From: Candidatus Saccharimonadota bacterium
Lineage (GTDB): Bacteria; Patescibacteriota; Saccharimonadia; Saccharimonadales; Saccharimonadaceae
DNA: 32,000 nucleotides
Assembly (NCBI GenBank): GCA_020160975.1
Contig: JAIUPJ010000001.1
Coordinates: 120,001-152,000, forward strand
Direction: 5' to 3'
The translations under genes were made by a program, and so were the position numbers. Shown in pieces: positions 15,837 through 24,546 of the stretch (the stretch's first letter is position 1; every line of letters begins with the position of its first letter). Below the pieces are notes generated by a model that saw only the letters and a list, made by a program, of their open reading frames with translations, had not been told where the DNA came from and did no database searches.

Positions 15837-18236
15837 ATGAATAACCACGAAAAACACTCAATGGGCCAGTATTTGCGTGCGGTCAACTATCTTACCGCTG
15901 CACAAATCTTTTTAGCAGACAACTATCTCATGAAGCGTCCGGTGACATTCGATGATGTTAAAAGTCGCTTGCTGGGACACTGGGGTAGTGGGCCTGGTAT
16001 CAATTTTGCCTATGCCCATCTTTCTCGATTTGCCAAGAAATACGATCAAGACATGATGTTTGTGCTCGGTCCAGGACACGGCTTTCCGGCGCTCCAAGCC
16101 AACCTCTTTCTCGAGGGAACACTGAGCCATTTCGACGCTTCGCTCAAGATTGATATGTCGGGTATCCAACGGCTTTGCCGCGGATTTAGCTGGCCCTACG
16201 GCTACCCAAGCCACTCAAACCCCGAAACACCAGGAGTTATCCTCGAGGGAGGTGAGCTCGGCTACGCCCTCAGCACCAGTTTTGGAGCAGTCATGGACAA
16301 TCCCGACCTCATGGTAGCCTGTCTGGTCGGCGATGGAGAGGCCGAGACCGGCCCGACTGCCGGCGCATGGCACCTCAACAAACTCGTGAATCCAAGAAAA
16401 GACGGTATTGTCTTGCCGATTCTCCATCTTAATGGCTACAAAATAAGCCAGCCGACGATTTTTGGTCGCATGAGCAACTACGAACTGATGACGCTGTTTA
16501 GCGGCTACGGCTACGAGCCACGCATCGTAGACACCACCAAAGACGGTGTTAACCCCCACGATGCTATGGCAGAGGCACTAGACTGGGCTCACGCGACCAT
16601 CGCCGAACTCCGTGCCAGCAAAGACACGGTCGCGCCCCGCCTACCCATGATCATCATGCGTACACTCAAGGGCTGGACTGGCGTCAAAGAACTCGATGGC
16701 AACAAAATCGAGGGCAACTGTCTCAGCCATCAGGTGGTGCTCAATGAGGCCAAAACTGATGAACGTGAGCTACAGCTTCTCAACGAGTGGCTCGGCAGCT
16801 ACAAGTTTAGCGAGCTTTTTTCGGAGACAAACGGTTTTGGCTCGTACGTCGAAGATATCATCCCAGAAAAGCCCGAAAAACGCCTCGGCATGAGCAAGCA
16901 TGCACATGGCGGTCCAGCCGTGTATCAACCCCTAAAACTCCCTTCTGTTGAGCAGTTTGCTGAGGACGCGACAGCCCCTGGCACCATGGGAAGCAGCAGC
17001 ATGCGCCGCACCGGACTATATCTTGAAGAAGTGTTTCGTCTCAACGCTGAGACCAAAAACTTTCGTATGATGAGCCCAGACGAGACCTACAGCAACAAGC
17101 TTGACGACATTTTCAAAGCTACTTCTCGTAGCTGGCAATGGCCTCTCATGGAATGGGATAAAGACATGACACAAGATGGCCGTGTCATGGAAATGCTTTC
17201 CGAGCACAATATGCAAGGTCTCATGCAAGGCTACGTCTTAACTGGTCGGCATGCGATGTTTGCAAGCTACGAAGCATTTCTGCAAGTAGTAAGCAGCATG
17301 GTCGACCAATACGCAAAGTTTCTCACCCAAAGTCGAGGCGTCGAATGGCGAGGTACGATCCCCAGTATCAACTACATTCTGACAAGCAGCGGCTGGCGCC
17401 AAGACCACAATGGGTTCAGCCACCAAAATCCTGGCTTCATCGATGATCTATTGCGTCGTCAAAGTAACTTTAGCAACGTATTTTTTCCTGCTGATGGTAA
17501 CTGCACTCTTGTGGCTCTCGAAAAAATGCTCACCAGTGTGCGTCAAATCAACGCAATTGTTGCTGGCAAGACTGTAGAGCCTCGCTGGCTCACGCCTAAC
17601 ATGGCTCGCAAACAAATCGAAGCAGGACTGATGATCTGGGACTTTGCAACCGACGATAACCCTGATTTGGTAATGGCTGCGGCAGGGGATTACCCAACCA
17701 AAGAGACCATGGCAGCAATTGATATTATCAAAACCGAACGTCCTGAGGTAAAGATTCGCTGTGTAAATGTGTCGAGCCTAACTACGATGGGCTTTGGCAC
17801 ACTTAATAATACGGCTGATCAAAAATTCTTTGATCATATCTTTACCGAGGATAAGCCAGTGATATTTAATTTCCACGGCTATCCTCAGACGGTCAAAAGC
17901 GTGCTCTTTAATTATGCGGTCGACAGTACTCGATTTGACGTTCGCGGCTACAAAGAAATCGGCAGTACCACGACACCCTTTGATATGCATGTTCGCAATG
18001 AGACCAGCCGCTACGATTTAGCGATCGCTGCATTTAAGCAACTTGGCCACGACGAAATAATTCCTTTTGAAGAGGCAGAGCACTTAGCTGCAAAATATCG
18101 CCACAAGATTGACGAAAATACCGACTATATCAAAACCTATGGTATCGACCGCCCCGAGCTTGACGCATGGGTGTGGCCTGCGGCACGAGGTATGGAGCGC
18201 GTCAAAGAAGAAGAATGGCACGGACAGACAAACTAG
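15837..18236 (+). CDS. xfp: Xylulose-5-phosphate/fructose-6-phosphate phosphoketolase
   Basis: About 800 aa with LGHWGSGPGINFAYAHL, EGGELGYALS and GDGEAETGP (ThDP-binding), typical XFP length and layout. ATG 15837 is preferred over the track TTG at 15798, which is the -35 box. Confidence 0.95.
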   Translation: MNNHEKHSMGQYLRAVNYLTAAQIFLADNYLMKRPVTFDDVKSRLLGHWGSGPGINFAYAHLSRFAKKYDQDMMFVLGPGHGFPALQANLFLEGTLSHFDASLKIDMSGIQRLCRGFSWPYGYPSHSNPETPGVILEGGELGYALSTSFGAVMDNPDLMVACLVGDGEAETGPTAGAWHLNKLVNPRKDGIVLPILHLNGYKISQPTIFGRMSNYELMTLFSGYGYEPRIVDTTKDGVNPHDAMAEALDWAHATIAELRASKDTVAPRLPMIIMRTLKGWTGVKELDGNKIEGNCLSHQVVLNEAKTDERELQLLNEWLGSYKFSELFSETNGFGSYVEDIIPEKPEKRLGMSKHAHGGPAVYQPLKLPSVEQFAEDATAPGTMGSSSMRRTGLYLEEVFRLNAETKNFRMMSPDETYSNKLDDIFKATSRSWQWPLMEWDKDMTQDGRVMEMLSEHNMQGLMQGYVLTGRHAMFASYEAFLQVVSSMVDQYAKFLTQSRGVEWRGTIPSINYILTSSGWRQDHNGFSHQNPGFIDDLLRRQSNFSNVFFPADGNCTLVALEKMLTSVRQINAIVAGKTVEPRWLTPNMARKQIEAGLMIWDFATDDNPDLVMAAAGDYPTKETMAAIDIIKTERPEVKIRCVNVSSLTTMGFGTLNNTADQKFFDHIFTEDKPVIFNFHGYPQTVKSVLFNYAVDSTRFDVRGYKEIGSTTTPFDMHVRNETSRYDLAIAAFKQLGHDEIIPFEEAEHLAAKYRHKIDENTDYIKTYGIDRPELDAWVWPAARGMERVKEEEWHGQTN

Positions 18237-18281
18237 TATGTCAGGTAAGCGATGCCAACTAACAGAAGTGAGGGGATATCA

Positions 18282-19469
18282 ATGAATCTCATTTTGGTAG
18301 CAAACCCGGGTAGCAGCAGCCGCAAGTATGCACTCTACGAGGCTGATGGGCTAGCGCTCCATGCCGAGATTCACTACGAGCACGCTCACGATGGAATTGT
18401 CTACACTATCGAGTCGCCCGGGAAAACTGCGGTGACAGCACCCGCAGATTTTAGTGTACTGGACGAGTCGTGCTCTCATGTGATTTCAACCCTTGTCGCC
18501 GAACACCTCCTCACTGAGAATCAGCCGATCCTTGCTATCGGCCTGCGTGTCGTCGCGCCCAGCGCGTTTTTCATGCAGGATCACGTCATCACCGATGAGG
18601 TGGTCACCCGGCTGGAGTCAATCAAACACCTAGCACCGCTGCATATCGGGGCAACCTTAGGCGAGCTCCAGCTACTTCGGGCTCACTACCCAGATACGCC
18701 AATTGTCGGCGTCAGCGATAGCGCCTTTCATCGCACCAAACCAAATTATGCCTGGAACTACGGCATCAATATTCATGACGCCGATCGACTGGATATCAAA
18801 CGATTCGGGTATCACGGTATCTCCGTTAGCAGCGTCGTCGACGAGCTGTGGAATCGCGGCAAGCTGCCACCAAAAGTCATCGTCTGCCATCTTGGTAGCG
18901 GGTCATCAGTGACCGGTGTCTTCCATGGCCGAAGCATCGATACGACGATGGGGTTCACGCCAAACGAAGGGGTGATCATGGCGACCCGGAGCGGCTCCAT
19001 CAGCCCAGATGCTAGCCACGCTCTGCGCAGCCAGCTCCAGTTAGACGACGCCGGGTTGGTCGAGTATCTCAATACACACGCTGGCCTCGCGGGTATGGCG
19101 GAGAGCGACGACATTCGCGAGCTCCTGAAGCGAGAAGCCGACGGTGATCATGCCGCACACTTGGCGCTCACCACGCTTATTCACACCATCCACAAAGCCA
19201 TCGGCAGCATGCTAGTTGCCATGAATGGCTGCGATCTATTGGTCTTTACTGGCACTGTTGGCGAACGCTCAGCAGTGTTGCGAAAACGTATCGTGGCTCA
19301 TTTGGAGTTCTGCGACTTCGTCCTCGACGGCGTGCTCAATGACGAGTGCACCTCACCACAACAATTCACCAACATCTCTCAAATCGCTCGGTCAAAACCC
19401 ATCGTTGTCATTCCTGCCCATGAAGCACTCGAAATCGCTCGACGCACCAAGCAATCAGCTTCCGTATGA
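18282..19469 (+). CDS. ackA: Acetate kinase
   Basis: MNLILVANPGSSSRKYALY (the N-terminal ..NxGSSSxK motif), AFHRT, GYHGIS, CHLGSGSSV and FTGTVGE. GAGGGG SD before ATG 18282. Confidence 0.9.
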   Translation: MNLILVANPGSSSRKYALYEADGLALHAEIHYEHAHDGIVYTIESPGKTAVTAPADFSVLDESCSHVISTLVAEHLLTENQPILAIGLRVVAPSAFFMQDHVITDEVVTRLESIKHLAPLHIGATLGELQLLRAHYPDTPIVGVSDSAFHRTKPNYAWNYGINIHDADRLDIKRFGYHGISVSSVVDELWNRGKLPPKVIVCHLGSGSSVTGVFHGRSIDTTMGFTPNEGVIMATRSGSISPDASHALRSQLQLDDAGLVEYLNTHAGLAGMAESDDIRELLKREADGDHAAHLALTTLIHTIHKAIGSMLVAMNGCDLLVFTGTVGERSAVLRKRIVAHLEFCDFVLDGVLNDECTSPQQFTNISQIARSKPIVVIPAHEALEIARRTKQSASV

Positions 19470-19671
19470 ACGGAAGAACCGTATGCTTATTGCCGCGGCG
19501 TTCGACGCCACAATCGTAGCTCGCCGTAAATCGGGTCAACCGGACGCCGCGCTCGACACGTTCGTCAAGATGGGGGAGCGTGATACCGAGCCGCTCATAA
19601 TCACGAGTAAGAAGTGAGTGCATTGCCTCGGCATCTTCTGGAGTGGGGTAGCGATAGGTTATTTCTTTCAT
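19408..19671 (-). CDS. Short ORF (87 aa) with a GNAT-like N-terminus; possible remnant
   Basis: MKEITYRYPTPEDAEAMHSLL resembles the start of GNAT acetyltransferases, but the rest does not. TGGTATACT extended -10 lies 10 nt upstream. The 3' 62 nt overlap ackA antisense. Confidence 0.35.
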   Translation of the reverse strand: MKEITYRYPTPEDAEAMHSLLTRDYERLGITLPHLDERVERGVRLTRFTASYDCGVERRGNKHTVLPFIRKLIAWCVERFRVLHGQE

Positions 19672-19697
19672 ACTTGCTTCAAGTATACCACGAGGTA

Positions 19698-19726
19698 TTG
19701 CATATTCATGATGTTTGTGCTATAAT
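19698..19726 (+). promoter_or_regulatory. Near-consensus promoter driving the structured leader upstream of the NRAMP gene
   Basis: TTGCAT (19698-19703), 17-nt spacer, extended -10 TGCTATAAT (19718-19726). Confidence 0.7.
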
Positions 19727-19732
19727 AGAATT

Positions 19733-20046
19733 TAGGCTTGCTGACATCACTAGTCGCTACAATAACTTTGGAGAATTGTGACCGAGAAGCTTTCCTTTGT
19801 GAAATACCCCCCCGGAACCGATGCGGCAAAGTCTGTGTTGGCATTCATAGAGCTCTGGAAGGAGTATGTTGAAATAGCCCCGCACTGCAGCCCGCTCGAT
19901 GTGGCTGCGATGCGAAAGCGCCTCCGCGTCGCCTGGCGGCGCCACTGGAGGGACCACGGACGGCTGATTGTCCGGTCGTCCTGCCATCGCCCCGCGGGGC
20001 CGCACTGAGATTCGTCTCGGAGCGGCCCCGGCCAGGGGCGATTTTT
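19733..20046 (+). promoter_or_regulatory. Roughly 315-nt G+C-rich structured leader ending in a long intrinsic terminator; candidate riboswitch or attenuator, class unassigned
   Basis: Runs from the promoter-predicted TSS to a roughly 21-bp composite hairpin (19987-20041: TCGCCCC..GGGGCCGC..GAGA-TTCG-TCTC..GCGGCCCC..GGGGCGA) followed by TTTTT (20042-20046). The NRAMP ATG lies 55 nt further on. Confidence 0.5.
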
Positions 20047-20100
20047 CATATTCTGCACTGTGATACAATACGTCATAGATTAGCTTAAACGGAATAGTCC

Positions 20101-21492
20101 ATGCCAAATTTGTACAGCTGGCTCCACGATCTTATCGGCGGACACAAACAAAATTCCGCTGCCGAGCAGCGCGAACAAAATCTCAAACAAGCACACAAGC
20201 GCTATTCGCGTTTTGGCCGCTTTGTCCGCGTGCTTGGGCCAGGTGTCGTCACCGGTGCCGCCGATGACGACCCCAGCGGTATCGCTACCTATAGTCAAGC
20301 GGGCGCTATCTACGGTTACGGGCTGCTGTGGCTGTTTCCTATCATGTTTCCGCTACTACTAGCAGTTCAGGAGAGCTGTGCGCGTATCGGCGCAGTGACG
20401 GGGGATGGCCTGGCGGCAATTCTCAAAAAACATTACAGCCGCAAAGTACTCTATGCCGCCGTAACTCTTGTCGTAGTGGCAAATACCGTCAATATAGGCG
20501 CCGACCTAGCTGCGATGGCCGCTACCACCCAGCTTTTGCTGCCCGAATTGCCGTCTGTCGGCTTGGCAATCTTTTTTGCGGTTGTCTGTGTCGTCATGCA
20601 GGTGTTTGTGCCGTACAAGACCTATGCAAAAGTCCTCAAATGGCTGGCTATCGCGCTGTTTGCTTACCCGATCACGGCATTTCTGGTCGGTCAGCCTTGG
20701 GGTGAAGTGCTAGCACGTACCTTTGTCCCCAACATTACACTCAACAAAGAAATGGTATATATCATCGTTGGCATTCTGGGTACAACTATCAGCCCGTACC
20801 TCTTCTTCTGGAATACCAGCGAGGTCGTCGAGGACGAAGTCGAGGAACGGCGCATCAAAGCCTCTTCTGGAACTGGCGTGCCTCGCATCAGCAAAAGCTT
20901 CATCCGCAAAATCCGTCTCGACAACCTAGCGGGCATGACGTTGGCCAGCGTTTCGGCATGGTTTATCGTCATCGCCTGTGCCTCTACCCTCAACGCCCAC
21001 GGCATCACTCAGATCGAGAACGCCCAAGATGCCGCGGCCGCGCTCGAACCGCTCGTCCAAGGTTTTCCGCATGCCGGCCTGATTGCCAAACTACTCTTTA
21101 GCGTCGGTATCATCGGTATCGGACTACTGGCCGTACCCGTTCTGGCTGGCTCGTCGAGCTATGCCGTCAGCGAAGCGCTTGGCCTCAAAGAAGGCTTCTA
21201 TCGCACCTTCAACAAAGCACATGGGTTTTATGGCATCATCATCCTGGCAACGCTGGCAGGGTTGGGTATCAATTTTCTGCACATCGACCCGATCCAAGCC
21301 CTCATCTTTACCGCCGTTTTCAACGCCGTCGCCAGCGTACCACTACTATTCATGATCTACCGTGTCGGCAACAACCCCGACATCATGGGTATCTACAAGA
21401 ACTCCCGCTGGAGCAACGCTGGCGTACTTGCCGCTTTTGCATTGATGGGTATTGCGACCATCGTGCTAGGCTGGTCAGTATTCCAGCCCTAG
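20101..21492 (+). CDS. NRAMP (SLC11) family divalent cation transporter with non-canonical metal-site residues
   Basis: GPGVVTGAADDDPSGIATYSQAGA (TM1 motif region), GILGTTISPYLFFW (TM6 motif region), 11-12 TM segments and a typical length. Confidence 0.9.
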   Translation: MPNLYSWLHDLIGGHKQNSAAEQREQNLKQAHKRYSRFGRFVRVLGPGVVTGAADDDPSGIATYSQAGAIYGYGLLWLFPIMFPLLLAVQESCARIGAVTGDGLAAILKKHYSRKVLYAAVTLVVVANTVNIGADLAAMAATTQLLLPELPSVGLAIFFAVVCVVMQVFVPYKTYAKVLKWLAIALFAYPITAFLVGQPWGEVLARTFVPNITLNKEMVYIIVGILGTTISPYLFFWNTSEVVEDEVEERRIKASSGTGVPRISKSFIRKIRLDNLAGMTLASVSAWFIVIACASTLNAHGITQIENAQDAAAALEPLVQGFPHAGLIAKLLFSVGIIGIGLLAVPVLAGSSSYAVSEALGLKEGFYRTFNKAHGFYGIIILATLAGLGINFLHIDPIQALIFTAVFNAVASVPLLFMIYRVGNNPDIMGIYKNSRWSNAGVLAAFALMGIATIVLGWSVFQP

Positions 21493-21522
21493 CACTACTC
21501 CATCAGTGATAAAATAGGATAA

Positions 21523-22827
21523 ATGAAGAAAACACCACAATTTGAGACACTTGTTCTCGAAAAAATCGTCGGCGGCGGGCAAGCTCTCGGCACGCTAGAG
21601 AACGGCCGCAAGGCGTTTGTATGGGGTGGCTTGCCCGGCGAGGAGGTGACGATTCGTGTTACCAAGAAAAAATCTCATTTTGTCGAAGGTATCGTAACAG
21701 AAGTCTTGCAAGCGTCGCCGGAACGTACCGAACCGCTCGATCCTGAAAGCTATCTCAGCACCAGCCCGTGGCAGATCATGAGCTTTGAAGCCGAGCAACA
21801 CTACAAGGCCGCCCTGATCGAGGAAGCATTTGAACTTCATGATATTGTGCTGCCCGATCCAATCGAGGTATCTACTGATGGCCGAGTTAGCCATTATAGA
21901 AACAAAGTAGAATTTAGTTTTTTTGGATTTGAAGATACAGAAAGTAACTACGAATACCTCAAGCTAGCGTTTTTCCAGCGCGGTGGCAAAGGAAAGATTC
22001 CAGTAGCAAACTGCTCATTACTCCCAGCGCCAATGATGGATCTTGCTCTAGATATCTGCGCATACCTCGAAAGTGTCCAAGTCACTGCGCGACAGCTTAA
22101 AACTCTCTTAATTCGCTGCGACCAGCAAGGCAACTGCGTTTGGCAACTCTACATCAAAGAAGAGGTATGTGGCTTTATGAGTGAGCACGAGGCAGCAGGC
22201 TTCAAGGCGCAGGGAGGAGAAGTCATCTACAGCGATCCACGTAGCCCTGCCAGTCGCATCACCAAACGCTTGCTATCGGTCGGAAATGTCGTACTGACCG
22301 ACATTATCCTCGGCGTGCCGTTTCGCTACGCTACTGAGAGCTTTTTCCAAGTAAATATCCCCGTATATGAGCAAGCGCTCAGTGATATGAAACAGTGGAC
22401 CAAGTCAGAAGCGCCAATAGTAGATCTTTATTCGGGTGTGGGATCGATTGGACTGACCATTGGAGGCGATGCTTGCACCTTGATAGAGATCGATGATAAC
22501 GCTGTGCGCGAGATGAAGCGCAATATAAAGGAGCAGGCAAGTGGCGCCACCGCAGTGCATGCGGCTAGCGAAAAAGCCCTCGACTACATCACCAGCGAGC
22601 AGGTCGTTATCGTTGACCCGCCACGCGCTGGCATGCACCAGGCGGTAATCGACAAGCTTCTCGAGACAGCGCCGCCAAGTATTATCTACCTCAGCTGCAA
22701 TCCCGTCACCCAGGCCCGTGACGTCGCGCTTTTGTCTGAAAAATATGGCATCCGTGCACATAGAGGCTACAATTTTTTCCCACGCACACCCCATATTGAA
22801 CATCTTGTTATTCTCGATAAGAAATAA
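21523..22827 (+). CDS. RNA (uracil-C5)-methyltransferase, RumA/RlmD/TrmA family, with N-terminal TRAM domain
   Basis: TRAM-like GEEVTIRVTKKKSHFVEGIVTEV, FFQVN, DLYSGVGSIGL (SAM), VDPPRAGM and YLSCNP (catalytic Cys). No Fe-S cluster cysteines are seen in the linker. Confidence 0.85.
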   Translation: MKKTPQFETLVLEKIVGGGQALGTLENGRKAFVWGGLPGEEVTIRVTKKKSHFVEGIVTEVLQASPERTEPLDPESYLSTSPWQIMSFEAEQHYKAALIEEAFELHDIVLPDPIEVSTDGRVSHYRNKVEFSFFGFEDTESNYEYLKLAFFQRGGKGKIPVANCSLLPAPMMDLALDICAYLESVQVTARQLKTLLIRCDQQGNCVWQLYIKEEVCGFMSEHEAAGFKAQGGEVIYSDPRSPASRITKRLLSVGNVVLTDIILGVPFRYATESFFQVNIPVYEQALSDMKQWTKSEAPIVDLYSGVGSIGLTIGGDACTLIEIDDNAVREMKRNIKEQASGATAVHAASEKALDYITSEQVVIVDPPRAGMHQAVIDKLLETAPPSIIYLSCNPVTQARDVALLSEKYGIRAHRGYNFFPRTPHIEHLVILDKK

Positions 22828-22885
22828 CCTCGCCTAGCGACCTCGTGCATTCCATAGCATAAGCACCGTGTGCTACACTAAAAAC

Positions 22886-23320
22886 ATGCAAAGAAGCCGC
22901 GGCTTTACCCTCATCGAAATTGCTGTTGTCGTAACGGTTATTGCGCTATTGGCATCAATTGTCATCGTCAGTTTCAATCAAGTCCAAAAGCGTTCTCGCG
23001 ATGATATGCGCACGGTACAAGTCACCGCCCTCAAGACCGCGCTTGACCGATATTACAACGACAATGGTGAGTATCCTGTTTGTCCGGGCGGGCCCAACAG
23101 CGAATGCTCGGCGTCGCAGTATCTTACTCCCATTCTCGTGCCCACCTACACCTCATCTGTTCCTGACCAACCCAACAATCAGCCGTACACCTACGTCCGG
23201 GGCACTCCTAGCGACTCATACGGTATTTTCGTGAACTACGAGGTGCTTTTGGCATGTAAGACCGGCCGAAACATGTCTGCGACATGGTATGGCGGGTGGG
23301 GCAATGTCTGTAGTCTCTAG
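22886..23320 (+). CDS. Type IV pilin-like protein (prepilin N-terminal domain)
   Basis: MQRSRG|FTLIEIAVVVTVIALLASIVIVSF. ATG 22886 is preferred over the track GTG at 22868. TGCTACACT lies 6 nt upstream. Confidence 0.85.
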   Translation: MQRSRGFTLIEIAVVVTVIALLASIVIVSFNQVQKRSRDDMRTVQVTALKTALDRYYNDNGEYPVCPGGPNSECSASQYLTPILVPTYTSSVPDQPNNQPYTYVRGTPSDSYGIFVNYEVLLACKTGRNMSATWYGGWGNVCSL

Positions 23321-23808
23321 CTCGTCTTAATGCGTCGGTAAGTGAATTTCGCTGCAGGACGCCAGCCGCCGCGGGCATCGTGGTCGGCCTGGTAGAGCGT
23401 CCCGTCTCGCACTTCTTCGACCAGGATGAGCGCGGGTGTATACGGAGCAAGTGTGCGATAAAACACCAAGTCGCTGTCGTGGATGTCCTTGCGACCAGGA
23501 TAGACTTCTTTAAACTTTGCTTCGCCTACTTCGTCAAAATAACGCGGGCGGCCCTTTGGCGGTATATACATCTCGGCTTTTAACCCGATTCGTGCCACGA
23601 TTTTCTTGACATCACTCAGAAGCAGCTTGGCAGGCCCGTAGATGTAGCAGTAGAGCTGCTTCTTGCGGCTAAGGAAGACCGTGGCTTTGGCCGACTGACC
23701 CACAGCAATATCGCGCACGATTGCCTTGTCAACATCAATCGGCACGCCGAATTTTTCCTTTATCTCGCGCTCGATGGTGAAATCATCGAACATATCGCCA
23801 GTATTCAT
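23317..23808 (-). CDS. Hypothetical protein (163 aa)
   Basis: Clean ORF with TGCTATACT extended -10 6 nt upstream of the ATG. Its stop overlaps the pilin stop (CTAG). No family recognised. Confidence 0.6.
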   Translation of the reverse strand: MNTGDMFDDFTIEREIKEKFGVPIDVDKAIVRDIAVGQSAKATVFLSRKKQLYCYIYGPAKLLLSDVKKIVARIGLKAEMYIPPKGRPRYFDEVGEAKFKEVYPGRKDIHDSDLVFYRTLAPYTPALILVEEVRDGTLYQADHDARGGWRPAAKFTYRRIKTS

Positions 23809-23850
23809 AGGGGTAGTATAGCAGTTTTTTGAGATTATTGATAAAAATCA

Positions 23851-23879
23851 TTGACATTTTTGTAATAATGATATATAAT
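23851..23879 (+). promoter_or_regulatory. Consensus sigma70 promoter for candidate ncRNA B
   Basis: TTGACA (23851-23856), exactly 17-nt spacer, TATAAT (23874-23879), in an AT-rich divergent region. Confidence 0.8.
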
Positions 23880-23885
23880 GTTAAA

Positions 23886-24386
23886 TACCCTCGCAAGAGG
23901 GCGGTACACGCAGTTACATGCCGATTCCCCCACGACTCCACGGAGTTTGTGGGCACGGGGTACGACAGCTTACAGGCTGTTGTCGTACCTATTGGGCTTC
24001 GGCTCATAAACGTGGATAGCCTGCGGCTCCGCTCTAGCAAGCGAAAGAGACAAGAAGTGTGAGCGGCACTTGCAGTACTTGGCTCAAGTAGGCATGGAGT
24101 ACCCGCTCCATTGCGCGGCCCTTGGCCGTCACCCCTACGGGGGTTCAAGCAGGAATGGGCACCTGCGTTAGGGCGCGATACGGCTCACCGGGAACGTCTC
24201 GGTGCAACTATCGCCCCTCTAGGCCAGTGAGAAGGAGGGCACTACTTTTCACAAAGAAATGGCCAGTCGTGCGGTTCGATCCACATAGCAGTGCCCCCTG
24301 GGGGCCGGGAACAACACATCGCCGCAAGGCGACGTGCCCGGCCTCCAGGCCTTTTTCATTTCACACCCTTTCCAGGGTGTTTTTTG
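23886..24386 (+). ncRNA. Candidate large structured ncRNA B (about 500 nt), class unknown
   Basis: Starts at the promoter-predicted TSS and ends at tandem terminators (GGCC-TCCA-GGCC+TTTTT at 24340-24356; ACACCCT-TTCC-AGGGTGT+TTTTTT at 24363-24386). A sampled 60-nt line is 63% G+C. Contains GNRA and UUCG tetraloop hairpins. Only implausible ORFs are present. Confidence 0.6.
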
Positions 24387-24414
24387 TTGGCTAAAAAGTC
24401 GATCGGAGAATATT

Positions 24415-24521
24415 CACCCATAAGTTTCGTATGGTCGTGTGACATGAGAGAATCTAGGCTTGCGGCCTGGAATTTCTCATGCCACAGCGTCTATTGCCAA
24501 TAGATACCAAACTTATGGGTG
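24415..24521. repeat. 107-nt element bounded by a perfect 13-bp inverted repeat
   Basis: CACCCATAAGTTT (24415-24427) and AAACTTATGGGTG (24509-24521) are exact reverse complements. Nested imperfect hairpins lie inside (CATGAGAGAAT..AATTTCTCATG). The right arm abuts the helicase promoter. Confidence 0.5.
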
Positions 24522-24546
24522 AAGATTCGGGGTATAATAAACTGCA

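Noticed and set aside
19850-19990. Partial string matches to the cobalamin riboswitch core (GGAAGG..GTTGAAAT..CCCCGCACTG, GCCACTGGAGGGA, a CCTGCC B12-box-like end), and weaker ones to yybP-ykoY and M-box
   Set aside because: The required helices around these strings do not form: there is only a 3-bp stem where P4/P5 should be, and no hairpin between CACUG and GGAAG. The B12 box is poorly matched. It is treated as unassigned pending a covariance-model search.
19778-20008. 76-aa GTG ORF in the NRAMP leader (MTEKLSFVKYPPGTDAAKSVLAFIELWKEYVEIAP...), preceded by GGAGA
   Set aside because: The SD spacing is only 3-4 nt. The C-terminal half is R/W/H-rich nonsense coinciding with the G+C-rich terminator region, and two longer antisense ORFs cover the same DNA. 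It is kept as the explicit alternative hypothesis in the leader finding.
24273-24282. GGTTCGATCC T-loop-like string inside RNA B, suggesting a tRNA or tmRNA 3' domain
   Set aside because: The flanking bases (TGCGG / CACAT) cannot form a 5-bp T-stem. There is no acceptor stem or CCA, and no tmRNA 5' GGGG..UUCGAC partner.
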